A stretch of DNA of 13,425 bases, taken from positions 1 through 13,425 of the forward strand of contig JBFESZ010000054.1 in NCBI GenBank assembly GCA_041548245.1, in the 5' to 3' direction. The stretch is from Sulfurimonadaceae bacterium. GTDB lineage: Bacteria; Campylobacterota; Campylobacteria; Campylobacterales; Sulfurimonadaceae. The position numbers and the translations under genes are program-made. The notes under the pieces are model-generated. The model was not told where the DNA came from and ran no database searches. It saw only the letters and a program-made list of their open reading frames with translations. Below, one piece after another: positions 1-5,576 of the stretch. How positions within the stretch are numbered: the first letter of the stretch is position 1; the number at the start of each line of letters is the position of its first letter.

Positions 1-432
1 ATCATGCTTGACAATGAAGTTTATGGAAATACAGGTGGTCAAGAGTCTGGTATGTCTCCTAAAGGTGCAATCCTTAAGATGGCTCCACTAGGTAAAAAAG
101 GTGAGAAAATGCCTGCACTAGAACTAGCAAAAGCAGCTGGTTGTGTTTACGCAGTAAGACTTTCTCCAACTAACATCAAAAAAGCTGCAAAAATCATCAG
201 AAGAGCGATCTTTGTTGCTAGAGAAGTTGGTCCGACATTCATCCATGCGTATACATCATGTAACATTGAGTACTCAATCCCTACTGAAGAAGTATTTGCG
301 GATGCAAAAGAGAAAGAGAAAACTCGATTCCAGTTTGAAGAGTATATGACTGATGAAGCTAAAGCTGTAATCGAGCGCGTTGAAGCTGAAGAAAAAGCAG
401 CGAAAAAAGCGAAAAAAGCAGAGGCGGTTTAA
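1..432 (+). CDS. forB: 2-oxoacid:ferredoxin oxidoreductase beta subunit (TPP-binding), 3' part only, five-subunit type
   Basis: The frame is open from the window edge. It contains DNEVYGNTGGQES (end of the TPP-binding motif) and GPTFIHAYTSC, both typical of OFOR beta subunits, and lies directly upstream of a gamma subunit. The for versus por symbol is inferred from the B-G-E gene order only. Confidence 0.85.
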   Translation: MMLDNEVYGNTGGQESGMSPKGAILKMAPLGKKGEKMPALELAKAAGCVYAVRLSPTNIKKAAKIIRRAIFVAREVGPTFIHAYTSCNIEYSIPTEEVFADAKEKEKTRFQFEEYMTDEAKAVIERVEAEEKAAKKAKKAEAV

Positions 433-433
433 T

Positions 434-1138
434 ATGGCAACAGAAAAGAAAAGATATAACATTAGGATTTCTGGACTAGGTGGGCAAGGGGTTGTAACAA
501 CTGCTCACATCCTTGGTGCAACTATGGATAATGCAGGTAACTATGCGTCTTTGGTACCATTCTTTGGTTCTGAAAAGCGTATGGCACCGGTTGAAGCATA
601 TGTACGTGCTTCTACTGAGCCAATTTATGAAGTTGGTGAGGTTGTTTACCCGGATATCATCCTGATTTACCACTCTCAAGTTATTACTCACGGTAAATCT
701 TATACAATGCCATTCTATACAGGTCTTAAACCGAATAGTTTGATCGTTATCAATACTGACCACGATATTCTTGAAGAAGAAGATATTCAGCATTTGAAAT
801 CTTTAAATGCAAAAGTTGTTCAGTTTGACGCAACAGCATTGGCACTTAAAATTGCAGGTACTGAGCTTGCAACAAACATGGCAATGATGGGTATGCTTCT
901 TGGTCTTACAAAACTTGTAACTGAAGAGCACATCGAAGCGGCAGTTAAAGAGCGTTTCCTTGGGACTTCATTCGTTGCTTCTGGTGGTACAGCAGCACTA
1001 GACTCTGCTATTGAGAAAAAGTTCAAGAAAAAAGAACAATTGCTTGCTAAAAATATGGAAGTAATTAATAAAACTTTCGAAATGGCAGATTCTGTTGATA
1101 TGACAACTGACGAATTAGTCGTTAATTTCGCAGTTTAA
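434..1138 (+). CDS. forG: 2-oxoacid:ferredoxin oxidoreductase gamma subunit (234 aa)
   Basis: N-terminal NIRISGLGGQGVVT and FFGSEKRMAPV motifs of the OFOR gamma family. Start placed at ATG 434, with RBS GAGG at 421-424 and 1 nt after the beta stop, rather than at 380. Confidence 0.88.
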   Translation: MATEKKRYNIRISGLGGQGVVTTAHILGATMDNAGNYASLVPFFGSEKRMAPVEAYVRASTEPIYEVGEVVYPDIILIYHSQVITHGKSYTMPFYTGLKPNSLIVINTDHDILEEEDIQHLKSLNAKVVQFDATALALKIAGTELATNMAMMGMLLGLTKLVTEEHIEAAVKERFLGTSFVASGGTAALDSAIEKKFKKKEQLLAKNMEVINKTFEMADSVDMTTDELVVNFAV

Positions 1139-1151
1139 GAAAAGGAATAGA

Positions 1152-1370
1152 ATGTATTATGTAGCAAAAGTAAATGCAGACATGTGTGCTGAGTACAAGT
1201 GTAATACTTGTACACTATATTGTCCAGAAGCAAATACGCTAATGTTCGATAAAGAGAGAAATACATCTTGGGTAGATGAAGACAGATGTAAAGGGTGCGC
1301 ACTTTGTGTGTACGTATGTACTGACATGCTTGATCGTAACTGTATTACGATGGAAATGGCTGGTCAAGAA
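1152..1370 (+). repeat. Direct repeat copy 1 (epsilon gene), partner at 11610-11828
   Basis: Manual codon-by-codon comparison gives 11 mismatches in 219 nt. Confidence 0.95.
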
Positions 1371-1376
1371 GGTTAA
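1152..1376 (+). CDS. forE: Ferredoxin-like 2x[4Fe-4S] epsilon subunit of five-subunit OFOR (copy 1)
   Basis: C-x4-C-x2-C-x3-CP and C-x2-C-x2-C-x3-C motifs. RBS AAGGA upstream. Last gene of the B-G-E run. Confidence 0.88.
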   Translation: MYYVAKVNADMCAEYKCNTCTLYCPEANTLMFDKERNTSWVDEDRCKGCALCVYVCTDMLDRNCITMEMAGQEG

Positions 1377-1390
1377 TCCTTCATCGTAAC

Positions 1391-1416
1391 GGTCACCCCT
1401 GCCCGGGTGGCTTTAC
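1391..1416 (+). terminator. Probable intrinsic terminator after the left OFOR operon
   Basis: GC-rich hairpin GGTCACCC-ctgccc-GGGTGGCT (two G:U pairs) 14 nt after the stop, followed by a short and imperfect T-rich tract. Confidence 0.55.
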
Positions 1417-1649
1417 TCAATAATTTCTCTTCTTACTTAATTAAATCTACATCCAAATAAATCTCCTACTTTAAAACAAGTTCTTAAGACTGCATAGAAT
1501 TGCACTGCATATGTAACAATTAGATCGCTATTAATCTAGAGCAATAAAAATCTCTAAATTAATCATTGAAGTATAATCTTAGTTAATGTAAATAAGTTTG
1601 ATAAATATAATATATAAGTATTTTTTAACAAGTTAGTTTTAGACAATCA

Positions 1650-1658
1650 TGATAGAAT
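1650..1658 (+). promoter_or_regulatory. Extended -10 sigma70 promoter element for the tig-like gene
   Basis: TG-A-TAGAAT lies about 28 nt upstream of the GTG start. RBS AAGGA at 1676-1680. Confidence 0.55.
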
Positions 1659-1685
1659 TCCATAATTAAAACTAAAAGGATTGTA

Positions 1686-2939
1686 GTGAAAGTTACAGTA
1701 GAAAAAGTAGATGATATAAACTTTATAGTTCGTGGTACGGTTGACAACAGTGTAATCGAAGAGAAGGTTGCAAAACTTAAAGAACAAGCAGCTAAAGAAC
1801 AAAAAAGTGATGAATCTACCGATGAAACTCCTGAGCAAGTCGCTGCAGCAGAAGTATTCCAGCAATTCATTGATGCAGGAATCAAAGAAGCGAATATAAA
1901 TGTAGAAGACATTCTTGGTCAGCCGGGACTTAAAAAATATGAGCAAAAAGACAATGGTGTCTATTTTGAAGTTGAGTTATCGACAAGTCCGGATATTGAT
2001 CTAAGCATCGAATATATGGACATCATGCCAAGTTATACCAAACCAGTAGCTGACCCAAAAGCAGTCGACGCCAAACTGGCTGAATTCGCACAGCAGCAAG
2101 CCCCATTTACAAAAATTGAAAAAGAGAAACCGATTGAGAATGGTGATGTAGCCGTTATTGATTTTACAGGTTATATTGATGACAAAGCATTTGAAGGCGG
2201 CAGTGCGGAGAAATTTAAACTGAAGGTAGGCTCTAATTCATTCATTCCAGGATTTGAAGAGCAGCTTATTGGTATGCAGTACAATGAAGAACGTACTATT
2301 ACAGTCACTTTTCCTGAAAACTACAGTTCAGAAGAGTTAGCTGGCAAAGAATCAAAGTTCGTTATCAAACTTCATGAAATACAAGAGCAAAGAGCCGAGA
2401 CACCAGATGATACATTCGCGCAAAGAATACTGAATGACAAAAATGCAACGCTTGATACACTTAAAGAGAAGCTAGCTGCTCAAGTAACTTCTGAAGAGCT
2501 TTCACAACTCTATGTCACTGAGCTCAAACCAAAAATCATCGAAGGACTACTTTCAAAATTTGACTTTACACTGCCAAATAACATTGTAGAGCAAGAGATC
2601 GATGCAAAAGTACGTGAAAAAACAAGAAGCTTCAGTGAAGATCAGCACAAGCAGTACATGGAAGATAAAGATAAATTCCGCGAACTAAGAGAGTCTCTCC
2701 GTGAAGAAGCAAAAAAGTCGATCAAATTAGCACTCCTTGTTGAAGCTATTGCCAAAAAAGAGAATGTTTCCGTTGATGAGAATGAAGCAATAGCGGCACT
2801 AACCTATCAAGCGATGATGGCAGGACAGGATGCAACTGCATTGGTTAACTACTATAAAGAGAACAACATGATGACATCGGCTATACTAGGACTCACCGAA
2901 GATAAGCTTTTCGGACAACTTCTCGGATTTCACAAGTAA
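1686..2939 (+). CDS. tig: Trigger factor-like chaperone/FKBP PPIase, an atypical paralogue lacking the GFRxGxxP loop
   Basis: FKBP domain GDVAVIDFTGYIDDKAFEGG...FIPGFEEQLIGM and VTFPENY, a TF C-terminal domain (LPNNIVEQEID), 417 aa, GTG start. Confidence 0.88.
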   Translation: MKVTVEKVDDINFIVRGTVDNSVIEEKVAKLKEQAAKEQKSDESTDETPEQVAAAEVFQQFIDAGIKEANINVEDILGQPGLKKYEQKDNGVYFEVELSTSPDIDLSIEYMDIMPSYTKPVADPKAVDAKLAEFAQQQAPFTKIEKEKPIENGDVAVIDFTGYIDDKAFEGGSAEKFKLKVGSNSFIPGFEEQLIGMQYNEERTITVTFPENYSSEELAGKESKFVIKLHEIQEQRAETPDDTFAQRILNDKNATLDTLKEKLAAQVTSEELSQLYVTELKPKIIEGLLSKFDFTLPNNIVEQEIDAKVREKTRSFSEDQHKQYMEDKDKFRELRESLREEAKKSIKLALLVEAIAKKENVSVDENEAIAALTYQAMMAGQDATALVNYYKENNMMTSAILGLTEDKLFGQLLGFHK

Positions 2940-2959
2940 GATAGCAACACTGAGGGCTT

Positions 2960-3625
2960 ATGAGTAAACAAGATAACGACTCGATACAGAGATTTTTGGA
3001 TTGGGCGGATGCCAACGATATCCCGGAGCTAAAATGGATAGAACATGAATCCTATTTGAAAGGCGGTTACTTCAAAGGGATACCAAGAGACGAAAAAAAG
3101 TTACTTGAACTCACTACACTGAACCTTCTTGGTTATCAAGTGCCTGAACTGCCTAAAGAGATCGGTGCACTTAAGCAGTTAAAGAGACTTTATCTCTCTG
3201 GTAACAGGTTAACACAACTTCCTTCAGAGATAGCAGGTCTGTCTGACTTAGAAGAGTTGTATGTTCCAGGCAATCATTTAAAGAGCCTACCAAAAGAGAT
3301 TGGCACTTTACAGAGTCTAAAGATCCTGATCCTTCAAGAGAACCAAATCACAGAAATACCCCAAGAGATAGGCAACCTTCAGAACTTAAACGTTTTGGAA
3401 CTTGGGAAGAATCAGCTCACCACTATTCCTGCAGAGATAGGAAAACTCACACAATTAACGAAATTGACACTGTGGAAAAACAAACTGACAAAACTGCCAG
3501 TAGAGTTGCATAATCTTTTGGACCTGAAAGAGTTTGACTGCCTCTATAATAGAATCGAATTGACGAAAGAAGATGTGCAATGGTTAGAGTCATTAATCGC
3601 TAATGATTGCCAGATTTGTATCTAG
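2960..3625 (+). CDS. Leucine-rich repeat protein (about 6.5 repeats of 23 aa)
   Basis: Repeats of the form LxxLxLxxNxLxxLPxEIGxLxx. No obvious signal peptide. Starts 20 nt after the tig-like stop, with RBS GAGG. Confidence 0.9.
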   Translation: MSKQDNDSIQRFLDWADANDIPELKWIEHESYLKGGYFKGIPRDEKKLLELTTLNLLGYQVPELPKEIGALKQLKRLYLSGNRLTQLPSEIAGLSDLEELYVPGNHLKSLPKEIGTLQSLKILILQENQITEIPQEIGNLQNLNVLELGKNQLTTIPAEIGKLTQLTKLTLWKNKLTKLPVELHNLLDLKEFDCLYNRIELTKEDVQWLESLIANDCQICI

Positions 3626-3662
3626 AGTACAAATCACCTCTACTAGCGATTAGTCCAACCTG

Positions 3663-4220
3663 TTAAAGAATTGAAAAATGTTCCAGTAGGATTTTAAAGC
3701 CCAAGCCTATTAGTATAACCCCACCAAGCATCTCTGCCTTACTCTCTAAGAGTGAACCCAATTTTTTCCCAATATACACAGCAATCAGACTAAGCACGAA
3801 TGTCACGAGAGCGATTATACCTGCTGCTGTATATATATCGGTTTTTAAAAAAGCGAAGGTCGTTCCAACCGCCATCGCATCTATACTTGTGGCTATACCT
3901 AATATAGTGATCGTCCTATATGAGAGGTCCGTCACTTCATCATCAAACTCATCTTTATAAGCTTCATAGAGCATTTTACAACCTAATCCTGCAAGCAGGA
4001 CAAATGCAATCCAATGAGCATACTCTTGAACATAGCTGGCGAAAGAAATACCCACCAGATACCCTAAGAGAGGCATACCTCCTTGAAAAAACCCGAATAC
4101 ACCTGCTATAAGCAAGCTCTTAGGAAACTGAAGCTTCTTAAATTTAGCCCCAAATGCTATAGAGACAGCAACTGAATCCATCGCCAACGCGATTGCCAGT
4201 ATCAAAAGTGTTTCAATCAT
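3663..4220 (-). CDS. mntP: Manganese efflux pump MntP (YebN/DUF204 family)
   Basis: Duplicated signature ALAMDSVAVS / ATSIDAMAVG, FGFFQGGMPLLG, C-terminal AEMLGGVILIGLG, about 6 TM segments, 185 aa. Confidence 0.9.
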   Translation of the reverse strand: MIETLLILAIALAMDSVAVSIAFGAKFKKLQFPKSLLIAGVFGFFQGGMPLLGYLVGISFASYVQEYAHWIAFVLLAGLGCKMLYEAYKDEFDDEVTDLSYRTITILGIATSIDAMAVGTTFAFLKTDIYTAAGIIALVTFVLSLIAVYIGKKLGSLLESKAEMLGGVILIGLGFKILLEHFSIL

Positions 4221-4246
4221 ATATATTCCTCGAGAAAAATGCTGGC

Positions 4247-4252
4247 ATTATA
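4247..4252 (-). promoter_or_regulatory. -10 element for mntP
   Basis: Minus-strand gaTATAAT about 27 nt upstream of the ATG, followed by RBS GAGGA. Confidence 0.5.
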
Positions 4253-4310
4253 TCGAAATCAATTATTAATGAACTCTCATGTATTTTAATCAAGAATTGA
4301 TCTGTTAAAT

Positions 4311-4571
4311 CTATTCACATCCACAAGAACCGCAACTACCCGTACTGCAAGAACTGCCTTCATTTGGATTGTCAAATACACCGATAACAAAGTTATCATC
4401 TTCCGTTCTTTGACCTACAAACATATGTTTTGTACAAAACTCTTCATTCATTAGTTCAACCAATATATTGGTATAGTTATAAGCGTCTCTTTGAGTCTCA
4501 AATGTCGTCTTAGCTTCATATTCACTTTTTTTAAAACAGCCACATTCAAACGCAACTTCAACTGTATGCAT
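4311..4571 (-). CDS. Small hypothetical metal-binding protein (ECxCFKKS...MNxxFCxxH) with a Cys-rich C-terminal tail; paralogue A
   Basis: Good RBS (AAGGAAAG). Gapless similarity to 5231-5551. Tail CSTGSCGSCGCE. Confidence 0.8.
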   Translation of the reverse strand: MHTVEVAFECGCFKKSEYEAKTTFETQRDAYNYTNILVELMNEEFCTKHMFVGQRTEDDNFVIGVFDNPNEGSSCSTGSCGSCGCE

Positions 4572-4679
4572 ATACTTTCCTTTAATTTTAATTGCGAAGT
4601 ATAGTTATAATAGCTGAAAATATCATCCTTTTTCAGAGAAGTCATTTTTTTATAATAAATAAATTATTTTAATCCTATC

Positions 4680-4693
4680 TTGACTTTTATCAA
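4680..4693. promoter_or_regulatory. FNR/Crp-family binding site upstream of hemerythrin
   Basis: TTGAC-TTTT-ATCAA, one mismatch from TTGAT-N4-ATCAA. A -10 TATACT at 4716-4721 places the box centre at about -41.5. Confidence 0.65.
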
Positions 4694-4751
4694 TCATAGA
4701 ACCCACTGAAATGGCTATACTTTTAATAAAACAGTTGAAGGATATACAACC

Positions 4752-5153
4752 ATGCTTATGCAGATAAAAGACGTACAGCAAGTCTCTAATGCTATGATGA
4801 ATATGCTGCATGAAGAAGAGATAGAGATCATCAATGATTTTCATGATGCCCTCATAGCCTGTGATCTTGAGAAAATCAATGAACTTTTCAAAGTCGTTTT
4901 ATTCGATATAGAAGATCACTTCAGTACAGAAGAGGAAATGATGGAACAAAGCAAGTTTTATGCTTTACAGATGCATAAGAGTGAGCACGATACGATGCGA
5001 AATAAAATCAAAAACATACATACACAATGGCAAACACATAAAGATCCAAAAGAGATTCAAGACTTTTTAGAAAATGAGTTCAAACACTGGATAATACTAC
5101 ATATTTCAAGATGGGATTCAGAAACTGCTATGCACCTTGGTGACTCCAATTAG
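4752..5153 (+). CDS. Single-domain bacteriohemerythrin (di-iron O2/NO-binding)
   Basis: Complete ligand set H...HFSTEE...HKSEH...HISRWD, 133 aa, RBS AAGGA. Confidence 0.9.
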   Translation: MLMQIKDVQQVSNAMMNMLHEEEIEIINDFHDALIACDLEKINELFKVVLFDIEDHFSTEEEMMEQSKFYALQMHKSEHDTMRNKIKNIHTQWQTHKDPKEIQDFLENEFKHWIILHISRWDSETAMHLGDSN

Positions 5154-5191
5154 CAGTAAAAAAGGCGGGGTTAAATTATTTTAGGAAAGAT

Positions 5192-5222
5192 TCAAGTGCA
5201 GATCAAATAGAATCTGACTTGA
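5192..5222. terminator. Possible hairpin or bidirectional terminator between convergent genes
   Basis: TCAAGT-g-CAGAT-(8 nt)-ATCTG-ACTTGA inverted repeat between the hemerythrin stop and the stop of 5231-5551. T-tracts are weak. Confidence 0.4.
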
Positions 5223-5230
5223 TATTTATA

Positions 5231-5551
5231 TTAGTTCGATCCACTATCTTTTGGTGGCTCTTTACTACCGTCGAATCCGATGGTAACACAACTTCTGTTA
5301 ACAAGTGTTCTAGCATCTTCTACATCCTCGTCCTCTTCATCATCCTCTGGTCTGAGTGTACTATGAATAACAATCTTCTCTCCGTAATCTACAGCCTCAA
5401 AATAGTGTGTCATACAGAACTGTTGATTCATCAGACATTCCATAACACGTGCTCTATTGATCATGTCTTCTCTTGTATCAAAAGTCTCATTATTTTCAAA
5501 GTTGCTTTTTTTAAAACAGCTACACTCTTTTTCTATTTCAATTCTATACAT
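5231..5551 (-). CDS. Small hypothetical metal-binding protein (ECxCFKKS...MNxxFCxxH) with an acidic tail; paralogue B, probably the last gene of the dab operon
   Basis: Strong RBS AAGGAG, 25 nt downstream of the dabA stop on the same strand. 22/51 N-terminal residues are identical to 4311-4571. Confidence 0.82.
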   Translation of the reverse strand: MYRIEIEKECSCFKKSNFENNETFDTREDMINRARVMECLMNQQFCMTHYFEAVDYGEKIVIHSTLRPEDDEEDEDVEDARTLVNRSCVTIGFDGSKEPPKDSGSN

Positions 5552-5576
5552 TTTTTATCTCCTTAAATGTTAATGA

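Noticed and set aside
385-422. Short AGCGAAAAA-type repeats
   Set aside because: They are explained by the low-complexity Lys/Ala tail of the beta subunit.
380-433. N-terminal extension MKLKKKQRKKRKKQRRFN of the gamma ORF
   Set aside because: It overlaps the beta CDS in another frame. ATG 434 has an RBS and matches the family N-terminus.
1598-1636. FNR/NssR-like words upstream of tig (TTGATAAATATAAT, TTAACAAGTTAG)
   Set aside because: One has two mismatches and the other has the wrong spacing, in very AT-rich DNA. They are likely chance.
274-1946. Minus-strand ORFs 274-462, 476-793, 820-1026, 1625-1912 and 1647-1946
   Set aside because: These are antisense shadows of well-supported genes with no recognisable motifs.
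4221-4310. yybP-ykoY Mn riboswitch or Fur box upstream of mntP
   Set aside because: The region is short and AT-rich with a -10 close to the start codon. No convincing structure or consensus match was found.
3920-5566. ORFs 3920-4111, 4451-4645, 4650-4844 and 5219-5566
   Set aside because: They overlap better-supported genes (mntP, the Cys/His paralogues, hemerythrin) and lack motifs.
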